Below, in pieces: positions 47,331 through 56,547 of a DNA stretch of 62,470 nucleotides. A program made the translations under genes and the position numbers. Under the pieces are notes generated by a model. That model worked only from the letters and a program-made list of their open reading frames with translations. It had not been told where the DNA came from and did not search any database. Position 1 is the stretch's first letter, and every line of letters begins with the position of its first letter. This stretch comes from a virus. The stretch lies in IMG/VR virus record IMGVR_UViG_3300045988_065931. One strand, 5' to 3'.

Positions 47331-48206
47331 ATGGATAAGGAGCAAAAAGCGATCGAAAGGATAAAAACGGCATCTGACATGAGTTTACATCATTACAAAA
47401 AACCGCTTGTTTGTACATATTCTGGCGGTAAAGATTCGGATGTAATGCTGGAACTATTCAAACGATCCGGTATTCCGTTTGAGGTGCATAACAGCCATAC
47501 GACAGCAGATGCACCGCAGACGGTAAGGCATATACGAGAGGTATTCCAACGATTAGAACTGGATGGTATCAAGTGCGAGATTGAAAAACCAACATACCAA
47601 GGAGAACGTACAAGCATGTGGAAATTGATACCGCAAAAGTTAATGCCGCCAACGAGAATAGCAAGATATTGTTGTTCTGTTTTAAAAGAAACAGGATGCG
47701 CAAACAGATATATAGCCACAGGAGTAAGGTGGGATGAAAGCACTTCAAGAAAAAAATGGAATGAATTTTCGGCGCCAAATCAGAAAGAACATTTTTCCAA
47801 GATTGTACTTATGAATGACAATGATTCACGGAGACGAATGAGTGAGTTGTGTATGCAACAGAATAAAATGGTCGTCAATCCAATCATAGACTGGACGCAT
47901 TCGGATATATGGGAATTTATAAATTCAGAGCATATCGAAACATGTGAACTTTATCAATGTGGATATGATCGTGTTGGATGTATCGGATGTCCGCTTGCAA
48001 GCAAGAAGCGTTATAAAGAATTTGCAGACTTCCCGGAATATAAGAAACTATATATCCACGCTTTTGACAGAATGTTGGAAGAACGGAAAAGAAGAGGAAA
48101 AGAGAGCAAATGGAAAGATGGATATGAAGTTTTTCTTTGGTGGATGGAAGACGATAATATCCCGGGGCAAATGACAATTGATGATTTTTTTGGAGGGGTG
48201 AGGTGA
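47331..48206 (+). CDS. PAPS-reductase-like PP-loop ATPase with C-terminal Cys cluster
   Basis: YSGGKDSDV PP-loop. CGYDRVGCIGCP. Confidence 0.7.
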   Translation: MDKEQKAIERIKTASDMSLHHYKKPLVCTYSGGKDSDVMLELFKRSGIPFEVHNSHTTADAPQTVRHIREVFQRLELDGIKCEIEKPTYQGERTSMWKLIPQKLMPPTRIARYCCSVLKETGCANRYIATGVRWDESTSRKKWNEFSAPNQKEHFSKIVLMNDNDSRRRMSELCMQQNKMVVNPIIDWTHSDIWEFINSEHIETCELYQCGYDRVGCIGCPLASKKRYKEFADFPEYKKLYIHAFDRMLEERKRRGKESKWKDGYEVFLWWMEDDNIPGQMTIDDFFGGVR

Positions 48207-48568
48207 TGGACAAGATGGGAAGATTAACCGAACAGGATGAACAAGGAAACTGGTGCTTGAAAGGTCTGCCGTGGAAAGATACCTATGTGGGGCAGATCAT
48301 TACAAAGAACACACAAGAAAAGATATACGGTGCGCTGTGCAAGCTGAAAGACTATGAGGAGAGTGGTCTGGATCCGGAGGAAGCATATAGACTGAAAGAA
48401 AGGGATACGGCGAAGAATCCGGATTACGAAGGCGATGGATATGACAATGAGGGAAGCATAATCTATGATACATGGATATGTCCGAATTGTGAAGAACATT
48501 ATGAAGTAGATTATGATGATTATGATTTCTGCCCTAAGTGCGGACAAAGATTAGATTGGAGTGAGTGA
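48206..48568 (+). CDS. Zinc-ribbon protein
   Basis: CPNCEE...CPKCGQRLDW. Confidence 0.45.
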   Translation: MDKMGRLTEQDEQGNWCLKGLPWKDTYVGQIITKNTQEKIYGALCKLKDYEESGLDPEEAYRLKERDTAKNPDYEGDGYDNEGSIIYDTWICPNCEEHYEVDYDDYDFCPKCGQRLDWSE

Positions 48569-48572
48569 TTAG

Positions 48573-49334
48573 ATGGACGAAAAGAAAGTTAGAGAAGCGA
48601 TATATTGCATGAAATCATTTGCAGACGATACAGTGTGTGAAGAGTGCGATAACTATGATAGATGTGATCATACAATGGTTGCCGATAATGCCAGAACTGC
48701 AATCGAAGCACTGGAAAAGCAGTTGCCGAAGAAGCCGATTGAATATGAGGATAAATATTACGCTTGCCCAATTTGTGGAAATGTACTTATGCATAAATAT
48801 GAAAAATACCCAACGATTCTTGCAGATAGGAAGAACGGATTGCCATGTTGTTTGTCTTGTTTGCAGGTGATAGATTGGTCGGAGAGTCAGACAAGATTTA
48901 GACAAGAAAGGAATGGATATAAAAATAAAATTAGAGACAAAAGGAATGGAATTAAATATAAAAAAGGTCATGCAGTAGCATTTGATTTTGATGGAGTGAT
49001 ACACAAATATTCTAAAGGTTGGCAAGATGGAAGTATTTATGACGAGTATAACCCTGGAGTCTTAGATTTGATATTGCTTTTGAATACAATGAAGGTACCC
49101 GTGTTTATTTTATCAACAAGAGAACCAAAACAGATTAAAGAATGGTGGGATAAGCAAGGGTTTAGTATGAAAGCAGAAATTATTAATTCTGACGAAACAT
49201 TTTTCAAAGAACTTAGTTTTGTTGGCATAACGAGAACAAAGTTGCCGGCACAGATTTGTGTGGATGATAGGGCGTATCGATACACAGGACAAACAGTAAA
49301 AGAGTTCCTACTTGATTTTACGGAGGTGGAGTGA
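48573..49334 (+). CDS. Zinc-ribbon (ALEKQLPKK module) fused to HAD-like phosphatase domain
   Basis: CPICGN...; VAFDFDGVIH (DxDxV) motif. Confidence 0.5.
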   Translation: MDEKKVREAIYCMKSFADDTVCEECDNYDRCDHTMVADNARTAIEALEKQLPKKPIEYEDKYYACPICGNVLMHKYEKYPTILADRKNGLPCCLSCLQVIDWSESQTRFRQERNGYKNKIRDKRNGIKYKKGHAVAFDFDGVIHKYSKGWQDGSIYDEYNPGVLDLILLLNTMKVPVFILSTREPKQIKEWWDKQGFSMKAEIINSDETFFKELSFVGITRTKLPAQICVDDRAYRYTGQTVKEFLLDFTEVE

Positions 49335-49555
49335 TGAAAATTCCGAAGAAAGTTCAAAGACTTATTGACCGGCGCGAGAAACTTGCAAAGAATTTGATTG
49401 ACGTATGTAATGAATTAGACACATGGCTTGAAAAGAATGGCGCAGATTTTAATGATTCTGATTTAGTGGACAGCACGGTGACAGGATGCAGGATTTATTG
49501 TGAGCCGGAAAATGCAAAAAGTGATGTTGAAGATTATATAAAAAATAGAATGTGA
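49331..49555 (+). CDS. Hypothetical protein
   Basis: ATGA coupling. Confidence 0.4.
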   Translation: MMKIPKKVQRLIDRREKLAKNLIDVCNELDTWLEKNGADFNDSDLVDSTVTGCRIYCEPENAKSDVEDYIKNRM

Positions 49556-49578
49556 ATTATACTTAGGAGATGAACTAT

Positions 49579-50202
49579 ATGGAAATATTAGAGAAGATTT
49601 TGGAAGAGGTAACGCAATATACAAAAGATGTATACGAATGCGATCTTGACGATATCGTTGAGTATCAAAGAAGAAACAAAGAGGATAAATGTACATATAT
49701 TGTACAAGGAATTGAAGAAGCAACAGAGTTTATCCGTTCACACATGGATGAAACTATTTCTGAAATGGAAAAAGTTGAAAAAGAGAAAGTAACAAGCGCA
49801 GAGATAATAACCAGACAAATTGATGGAAAACCATATTATCATATTAAGTTTAAAAAAGTCGGTGAAGATGAATACACCATAGGGTATAGTTCTTTCAAAT
49901 TGGATTATGTTGTTAAATGGCTTAATGATTACTTTGAGTTTTACGGAGAAGCAAAGGTATCTTGTGATGATAACGGTTGGATTCCGGTACAAGGGCGGTT
50001 ACCGGAAGATAATCATAAAGGAATCTATGATATGCAACTGGTTACTCTTGAAGATGGAGAAGTATGTATGGGAGTGTATAATAATTGCGAAAAAGAATGG
50101 TGGACTAGAAAACAAGAGGGAGAAAGATGGTATACAAATAAGCATAATGTTATTGCATGGCAACCTCTTCCAGAACCATACAAGGAGGAAAAGAAATGCT
50201 GA
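49579..50202 (+). CDS. DUF551-like protein
   Basis: C-terminal GWIPVQGRLPEDN...VTLEDGEV. Confidence 0.45.
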   Translation: MEILEKILEEVTQYTKDVYECDLDDIVEYQRRNKEDKCTYIVQGIEEATEFIRSHMDETISEMEKVEKEKVTSAEIITRQIDGKPYYHIKFKKVGEDEYTIGYSSFKLDYVVKWLNDYFEFYGEAKVSCDDNGWIPVQGRLPEDNHKGIYDMQLVTLEDGEVCMGVYNNCEKEWWTRKQEGERWYTNKHNVIAWQPLPEPYKEEKKC

Positions 50203-50420
50203 GAAAGGCCAAAACAAACGAAGCACAGCGCCGGAAGCAGGCAGAGAGCATCCGGCAACGCGGAATTGAGCAGATGGCAGAGCATGATCCATCCGCGACG
50301 GCAAAGCGTCAGATGAATCACAAGCCATATCAGGCTGCGGTGCTGATCCGGGAGCAGGGAGAGCAGATGCGAAGAGAAACAGCAGAATCTTGGCTTAAAC
50401 GAAAAAATATATCAATTTAG
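50196..50420 (+). CDS. Hypothetical basic protein
   Basis: RBS caaggagga before the internal ATG. Confidence 0.4.
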   Translation: MLRKAKTNEAQRRKQAESIRQRGIEQMAEHDPSATAKRQMNHKPYQAAVLIREQGEQMRRETAESWLKRKNISI

Positions 50421-50439
50421 AAGAAAGGAATAATGGCTT

Positions 50440-50853
50440 ATGAGATTAGGAAAATACTTATCCTCATTGACTAAGCCAGAACTTGAAGAATTAAAAAATA
50501 TATGCAACTTTACAGATGAAGAATTGAAAATTTTAGATTGCTTGGTAAAAGAAAAAAGTTATGAGGAAATTTCCTCATACATAAGGTGTTCTATTGCAAC
50601 GGTAGGAAGAAAAATATCAGTAATTAAAGAAAAAGTAGAAGGAAGCGATTTGAATATGAAAAACAGAGTTCCAATTTGGGAGAAGATGAATTTAACGCTA
50701 GAAGAAGCTGCTGAATATAGCAACATAGGAGTAAATAAATTAAGGGAGATATCAAACTCGCCAAAATGTCCATTTGTTATATATATAGGAAGAAAAAGGT
50801 TGATAAGAAGAAAAGAGTTTGAAAAATACATTGGCAATCAAATAGAAATATAG
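50440..50853 (+). CDS. xis: Excisionase-like DNA-binding protein (sigma-r4/LuxR-like N-domain + HTH_17-like C-domain)
   Basis: MNLTLEEAAEYSNIGVNKLREI... Directly upstream of the integrase. Confidence 0.5.
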   Translation: MRLGKYLSSLTKPELEELKNICNFTDEELKILDCLVKEKSYEEISSYIRCSIATVGRKISVIKEKVEGSDLNMKNRVPIWEKMNLTLEEAAEYSNIGVNKLREISNSPKCPFVIYIGRKRLIRRKEFEKYIGNQIEI

Positions 50854-50925
50854 ACTTATAAAGCCTTATGTGGTAATATATGAATTACTGTATTAAGGCT
50901 TTTTTCTTTAGAAAGGAGCTATTTT

Positions 50926-52056
50926 ATGGGAAAAGATCTGAAAGGAAAGGAGTTAGGCGTTGGAATTTGTCAGATAAAAAATGGCAAATATGTGGCGAGA
51001 TTTACTAAACGAAATGGTAAACGAATAAAAAGAGAGTTTTTTAAGTTGCAAGAGTGCAGAAAATGGATGGCGGACGCACAGTTCGACGATGAACATGGAA
51101 ATGTTCTTAACGGAGACGATCCGACAGTAGAAGCATGGTATCGGTATTGGATTGATAACGTAAAGGGCGATAATATACGGTATAACACAAGGAGAAACTA
51201 TAACGAGAGATATGAAAAGAATATAAAACAGCATATAGGTGATATGCTTTTAAAGGATATAAAGCCTTTACATTGCCAAAATGTTCTTAATAATATGTCA
51301 GAAAAATATGCAAATTCTGTTATCGAACATAGTCGGCTTGTTATGTGGATGATGTTTGACAGCGCTTTAGAAAATGAACTGATTACTAAAAACCCAGTAA
51401 CAAAGAGTGTTAAATGCACAAGCGGCAGAAAACCAAAGGAAAAGCGAGCTCTGACGATTGATGAACAGAGGTTGTTTTTAGAAACAGTTAAAGATAGTAG
51501 TAATTATAATCAATATGCTTTTGTCTTGCAGACCGGACTTAGAGTAGGAGAATTGATAGGATTGAGATGGTCAGATATCGATTTCAAGAACAAAATTTTG
51601 CATATTAGAAGAACAATGGAATATCGACATTGTTACAGGGAATGGCGTATCGGAGAACCGAAAACAAAAAATAGCGTTCGCGATATTCCTCTTACACATG
51701 AAGCGATAAATATTCTTAAAAATCAAAAAGAAAAGTTGAAAAAGATAAAAATAATACCGATAGAGTTCTCTGATACAGTTTTTTTGTGTAAAAAAGGAAC
51801 GCCAACTAAAAATAGTGCATATGACACGAAACTTTTTTATTATTGTGATAAGGCGGGGATCCCTAGGTTTTCCATGCACGTTTTGAGACATACTTTCGCC
51901 ACAAGATGTATCGAATCAGGAATGAGACCAAAGACATTACAAATGATTTTAGGTCATTCAAATATAGGAATTACGATGAATTTATACGTCCATGTGACTG
52001 ATGATGAGAAAGCAAAAGAGATAGAAAATATTGAATTTGGGTTAAAAGTAATATAA
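50926..52056 (+). CDS. int: Tyrosine integrase
   Basis: LRVGELIGLRWSDID; HVLRHTFATRC...ILGHSNIGITMNLYVH. Confidence 0.9.
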   Translation: MGKDLKGKELGVGICQIKNGKYVARFTKRNGKRIKREFFKLQECRKWMADAQFDDEHGNVLNGDDPTVEAWYRYWIDNVKGDNIRYNTRRNYNERYEKNIKQHIGDMLLKDIKPLHCQNVLNNMSEKYANSVIEHSRLVMWMMFDSALENELITKNPVTKSVKCTSGRKPKEKRALTIDEQRLFLETVKDSSNYNQYAFVLQTGLRVGELIGLRWSDIDFKNKILHIRRTMEYRHCYREWRIGEPKTKNSVRDIPLTHEAINILKNQKEKLKKIKIIPIEFSDTVFLCKKGTPTKNSAYDTKLFYYCDKAGIPRFSMHVLRHTFATRCIESGMRPKTLQMILGHSNIGITMNLYVHVTDDEKAKEIENIEFGLKVI

Positions 52057-52058
52057 AA

Positions 52059-52325
52059 TTGGTACGCAAATTGGTACTTGAAAAATATATAGAAAGGCGA
52101 AAATCCACATAAATCAGGGGATTTCGAACAGGGAAAGATAAATATGAAATTAGGTATTGTAATATTTTAATCTTTTTCATGTTATTCTTTATAATTGATT
52201 ATATGTGTTTAAGTTCTACATTTTATAGTGTTTTGCAGGTATTACATCCTTACACTACTCTACATAAATTGATATATATTTATTGGTTATTGGTACTCAA
52301 ATGGTACGCAGATGGTACGCAAATA
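52059..52325. promoter_or_regulatory. attP region with arm-type repeats TGGTAC(G/T)C
   Basis: ttggtacgcaaattggtact at 52059-52078. tggtactcaaatggtacgcagatggtacgcaa at 52291-52322. Confidence 0.55.
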
Positions 52326-52426
52326 ATATAGGGAAAAGTCTTATACAGTGATGAAAAGTTGAGTGGATCTTGATTATTCCGCTCACTTTTTTTATGCGAA
52401 AATTTAATCATAAGGAGGTAGTTCTT

Positions 52427-52594
52427 ATGCTTACCGATGAATTTTTAGAAAGAATTTTTGCAAATGAAGAAATGCAAAAGATCCCGATCGGATGTCAATC
52501 AACTGCGGTTCATGCGTTTCAAAAAGTTTTAGAAGATATGAAGGAGGAAAATCCTTATGCAGACTTATCCGCAATATTATCCTCAGATGAATAA
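52427..52594 (+). CDS. Small hypothetical protein, first gene of the cargo operon
   Basis: RBS taaggaggt. Confidence 0.45.
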   Translation: MLTDEFLERIFANEEMQKIPIGCQSTAVHAFQKVLEDMKEENPYADLSAILSSDE

Positions 52595-53069
52595 TTATGG
52601 TCAACAGTACAATCCGCAACAGCCTTATATGGATAGGTTGGCAGGTTTACAACAATATCAACAGACATTGCAACAACCACAAATGCAGATGCAGACTCAG
52701 CAAATGCCTATAGGGTTGAATGGAAAAGTTGTGGATTCTGTAGATCGGATTACAGCAAATGACGTTCCGATGGATGGAAGCGTTGCGATTTTTCCTAAAA
52801 AAGATATGTCGGAAATTTATTTAAAATCATGGACACCAAACGGAACAATCGCTACGGTCGTTTTTAAGCCAGTTTTAGAAGAACAACAAAGCAATTCTAT
52901 ATCCTCACCTACAGAAATGAAAATAGGAATGGATAACGAGGTTACAGAGGTATTTATGCAAAGGTTTGATGAACTAAAAGACAAGATAGAAGAATTAGAA
53001 AAATCTATGTCTAAACCTATAACTAAAACAGCGGTTTCTAGGACTAAAAAGGAGAGTGAAGCACAATGA
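52557..53069 (+). CDS. Q/Y/P/N/M-rich N-terminus + beta-rich C-domain protein
   Basis: MQTYPQYYPQMNNYGQQYNPQQPY... RBS ggagga. Confidence 0.55.
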   Translation: MQTYPQYYPQMNNYGQQYNPQQPYMDRLAGLQQYQQTLQQPQMQMQTQQMPIGLNGKVVDSVDRITANDVPMDGSVAIFPKKDMSEIYLKSWTPNGTIATVVFKPVLEEQQSNSISSPTEMKIGMDNEVTEVFMQRFDELKDKIEELEKSMSKPITKTAVSRTKKESEAQ

Positions 53070-53305
53070 ATCCCTTAATGATGATTGGTCAAATGATGAA
53101 AAATGGAGGGAATCCGCAGCAGATTTTTCAACAGATGATGGGGAATAATCCGTCTATGAATAATCCGATTATGAAAAACGCGTTTGAAATGGCACAAAAA
53201 GGAGATTCAAAAGGGGTTGAAGAACTCGCAAGAAATTTATGCAGGGAAAAAGGGATAAACCCGGATGAAGCGATAACAAAAGTAAAACAGCAATTAGGAA
53301 TGTAG
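53066..53305 (+). CDS. Small M/N/Q/G-rich protein
   Basis: ATGA coupling. Confidence 0.5.
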   Translation: MNPLMMIGQMMKNGGNPQQIFQQMMGNNPSMNNPIMKNAFEMAQKGDSKGVEELARNLCREKGINPDEAITKVKQQLGM

Positions 53306-53376
53306 CATATTAGAGGTTGCCGGCATAATACTTAAGTTCCTCTTTATGAATAAACAAAATAAGGAGGACATCTAAT

Positions 53377-54132
53377 ATGTTCAATACAGGTAATTGTTCC
53401 GTTCCATTGGTAGCTTCTATTGATGGTAATGGAAACAACGGAAATGGCTTTGGCGGCGATGGTTGGGGATGGATCTGGATTATTCTCATTTTCGCAATTT
53501 TTGGAGGATGGGGTAACGGCTTTGGCTTTGGCGGTAACGGTGGAGCAAATTCACCGGGATTACAAGGGCTTGCAACACGCACCGACATAAACGAGGGATT
53601 CGCTCTGAATAACTTGCAGAGTGGAATTACTGCAATTCAGCAGGGTATTTGTGACAGTACATACGCAACAAACAACGCGATCAACGGCGTAAATATGGGC
53701 ATGATGCAGGGATTTAATGGCGTAGAGCGTGGTTTCTGTAATATGTCTGCACAGTTGGCTCAGTGTTGCTGTGATAACAGAGAAGCAATTTCACAAGTTC
53801 GTTACGACATTGCAACTCAGGCTTGCGACACAAGAAACGTGATTCAGAACAGCACGAAAGATATTATCGAGGGTCAGAACGCAGGAACAAGAGCAATCCT
53901 TGACTTCTTAACACAGGACAAGATTGCATCTCTTCAGGCTGAAAATCAGAGCCTTAAGTTCCAGGCTTCTCAGACAGCTCAGAATGCTTACATCACTGCT
54001 AGTCAGGATGCACAGACAGCGGAATTGATCCGAAGACTTGGAGTTGATTGTCCGCAACCGGCTTACGTGGTTCAACCGCCACAGCCAGTCACATTTCCTA
54101 ACTACAACTCTTGCGGTTGTGGATGCGCGTAA
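53377..54132 (+). CDS. Gly/Asn/Trp-rich single-pass membrane protein with Cys clusters
   Basis: GNGNNGNGFGGDGWGWIWIILIFAIFGGWGNGFGFGG; CCCDN; C-terminal SCGCGCA. RBS aaggagga. Confidence 0.6.
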   Translation: MFNTGNCSVPLVASIDGNGNNGNGFGGDGWGWIWIILIFAIFGGWGNGFGFGGNGGANSPGLQGLATRTDINEGFALNNLQSGITAIQQGICDSTYATNNAINGVNMGMMQGFNGVERGFCNMSAQLAQCCCDNREAISQVRYDIATQACDTRNVIQNSTKDIIEGQNAGTRAILDFLTQDKIASLQAENQSLKFQASQTAQNAYITASQDAQTAELIRRLGVDCPQPAYVVQPPQPVTFPNYNSCGCGCA

Positions 54133-54220
54133 TTAAATAAACTCGCCGATTTAGGCTGATAACATTTCTATGGGATAGGTCTAAAGGCTTATCCCGTATT
54201 GATTTAAGGAGGAAAATATT

Positions 54221-54634
54221 ATGGCTTGTAAAAATACTTGCCGGCTTTGTAATCGTTTGATTATTTCAGAATCAGTCGTATACACAGCCGGAACAGGTCT
54301 TGTTATAAGAATTCCGGCAGGCTCTTATAACGATAATGAAAAATATTGTATCGTTGTTGGACAGGCAATTCCTGATACAACAGTGATTAACGCCCCGGTT
54401 TTTATCCAAATCGGGGAAGGAAGTGTTTTGTATCCGCTTACACAGCCTGGATGCGAACCAGTAAGTGCATGCGGTATCAAAACGCGTACACGATATGCAA
54501 CTATTGTTCATACGTCCGCAGATTCCGGCACATTTAGATTGTGTAAAAGAGTTTGTTGCACAACAAATAATTTGAGAGCAATTAACGGAGAAGGTACGGC
54601 AGTAGCACCCGGTCCGACAGGAGGTGACGCATAA
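54221..54634 (+). CDS. Cys-rich (9 Cys) beta-rich protein
   Basis: MACKNTCRLCN...RLCKRVCC. RBS aaggagga. Confidence 0.55.
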   Translation: MACKNTCRLCNRLIISESVVYTAGTGLVIRIPAGSYNDNEKYCIVVGQAIPDTTVINAPVFIQIGEGSVLYPLTQPGCEPVSACGIKTRTRYATIVHTSADSGTFRLCKRVCCTTNNLRAINGEGTAVAPGPTGGDA

Positions 54635-55365
54635 TGCATAAATTACATGAAATGCTAGAAAAAATAGAAGAAACTATGGCTGAACAGCTTAACAAGGGAA
54701 TTGATAATGTAGACACGAAAGAATTTGGAGATGTTGCAGATATTTACAAAGACCTTATGTGTGCAAAGAAAGATTACCTTGAGGCTTGCTATTACAAAAC
54801 AGTGATTGAAGCAATGAATGAATATGACCCGGAAGATGAAAAATCCGAAGATTATGAAGATTTCGATATGCGCAGATATTACCGTGGGCAGCCTAGAAGC
54901 AAGACATCTGGCAGATTTATGAGACGTGGTGATGGACGTAGAAGTTATACGCCGTATTACCACATGACTCCGGAAATGTATCGTGAACATGAACCGGAAT
55001 ATTATCGTGATATGGATCGGTCTGAAGGAAGAATGTATTATTCCGGTAGCGGATCTGATCCAAGATCCGGAGGAATGGAAAGATCAAATTTCACTTCTTC
55101 CGGAAGAAGTCGTGGTTATTACAGCGGTGAAGCTGGACGTGATGTCAGAGAAGGACGCTCTGGTATGAGTAGGCGTTCATATATGGAGACTAAAGAAAAT
55201 CATTCCGGTAATTCCGCCGAAGAAAAGCAGCATAAAATGAAAGAGCTGGAAAAATACATGAGCGAACTTGGAACCGACATTACAGAAATGATTTCCGATG
55301 CGTCAAACGAGGAAAAAACATTGCTTAAGAATAAGTTGCAGGTACTTGCTCAAAAGGTAGTCTAA
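54634..55365 (+). CDS. Protein with helical ends and an R/Y/S/G/M-rich disordered centre
   Basis: RRYYRGQPRSKTSGRFMRRGDGRRSYTPYY...SGRSRGYYSGEAGRD. Confidence 0.55.
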   Translation: MHKLHEMLEKIEETMAEQLNKGIDNVDTKEFGDVADIYKDLMCAKKDYLEACYYKTVIEAMNEYDPEDEKSEDYEDFDMRRYYRGQPRSKTSGRFMRRGDGRRSYTPYYHMTPEMYREHEPEYYRDMDRSEGRMYYSGSGSDPRSGGMERSNFTSSGRSRGYYSGEAGRDVREGRSGMSRRSYMETKENHSGNSAEEKQHKMKELEKYMSELGTDITEMISDASNEEKTLLKNKLQVLAQKVV

Positions 55366-55370
55366 AATTT

Positions 55371-55396
55371 AAGGGGTCGAATCAGACCCCTTTTTA
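55371..55396 (+). terminator. Rho-independent terminator GGGGTC-gaatca-GACCCC + T5
   Basis: Read directly after the cargo operon. Confidence 0.7.
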
Positions 55397-55409
55397 AGTA
55401 GGTGATAAC

Positions 55410-55739
55410 ATGACATTTATAATCAATAATCGAATGTGGCATATTGAATTTGTAAATGCTGCAAGTGAAAAACTACATAGAAGTGATGGCTCTTTGACAG
55501 TAGGTGTTACAGACGGGAATGACGATTGCGTATATTTATCCGATTTGCTATCCGGCGCATTTCTTAAAAAAGTGTTATGCCATGAATTATGCCACTGTTT
55601 TATGATGTCCTATAATATTTCGATTCCGATTGAACAGGAAGAATTTCTTGCGGATTGGATCAGCATTTACGGAGAAGATTTAATTTATCTTCTGGATGAT
55701 TTAATGAGTGCAATGTCAAGAGAGGTGCGATATGGATAA
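55410..55739 (+). CDS. Zincin-like (HExxH) small protein
   Basis: LCHELCHC motif. Confidence 0.5.
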   Translation: MTFIINNRMWHIEFVNAASEKLHRSDGSLTVGVTDGNDDCVYLSDLLSGAFLKKVLCHELCHCFMMSYNISIPIEQEEFLADWISIYGEDLIYLLDDLMSAMSREVRYG

Positions 55740-55887
55740 AATAGATGAATTGTTGCAATATGTTAGGAAAACGAATCCTGAAATGACAAGAGCAAGACTG
55801 ATTTTCGAGTTATCACAAAGCCGATATTCGACAGCAGGGTTGTGGAATACATATAAAAATAGTGCATTTAATAAAGGTAAGAGGTAG
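55732..55887 (+). CDS. Small hypothetical protein (51 aa)
   Basis: Translated by hand: MDKIDELLQYVRKTNPEMTRARLIFELSQ... Confidence 0.3.
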   Translation: MDKIDELLQYVRKTNPEMTRARLIFELSQSRYSTAGLWNTYKNSAFNKGKR

Positions 55888-55960
55888 CCTAGTCTACTTC
55901 TTTCTTTTTACGCTTTTTTGTGGTAGAATGTTGGTATCATACGAATGGGAGGATATGAGG

Positions 55961-56530
55961 ATGAAAAAGAAAATTTTATCAATGTTACTCGTAGGGACAA
56001 TGGCTTTATCAATGACGGCTTGTGGAAGTGGAAAAGAAAGCGGAGTATCAGAAGCGGAATACGACAAGGTTGTAAAAGAACGCGATCAGTACAAGGAAGA
56101 GTTAGAAGAAATTAAAAAGAAGGAAGAGGAGAGTAAAGAAACAAAAGAATTTAAAGTAGGCGAAACATGGGAAGTTGATGGGAAGTTTAAAGTTACTGTA
56201 AATTCTGTAATCGCAACAGATTATCGTAATCAATTTGATGAAAGTAATCCAGCCGCAGTGTATGTAATTAATTATACATATGAAAACATCGGATTAAAAG
56301 AAGATTTGTATGTTAATTTTGAATCGAAAGTTGTGGACAATGCCGGAAAAGTGGCAAGTTCTTATCCCGGTGATACTGAAAAATATCCAGAATCAGTTCC
56401 TACAGGAGCGTTTTGTGAAGCAGAAGTTACGATAGGCGTTGAAAATGCCGGAAGCTTTAAAGACTATGTTTCGATTTATGACGACGATTACAATGAGTAT
56501 TCAGCTATATTTAATTTAGAAGTACAATAA
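55961..56530 (+). CDS. Lipoprotein (DUF4352-like Ig-fold C-domain)
   Basis: MKKKILSMLLVGTMALSMTAC lipobox. RBS gggagga. Confidence 0.7.
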   Translation: MKKKILSMLLVGTMALSMTACGSGKESGVSEAEYDKVVKERDQYKEELEEIKKKEEESKETKEFKVGETWEVDGKFKVTVNSVIATDYRNQFDESNPAAVYVINYTYENIGLKEDLYVNFESKVVDNAGKVASSYPGDTEKYPESVPTGAFCEAEVTIGVENAGSFKDYVSIYDDDYNEYSAIFNLEVQ

Positions 56531-56547
56531 AAAAGGAGAAATTTGTT

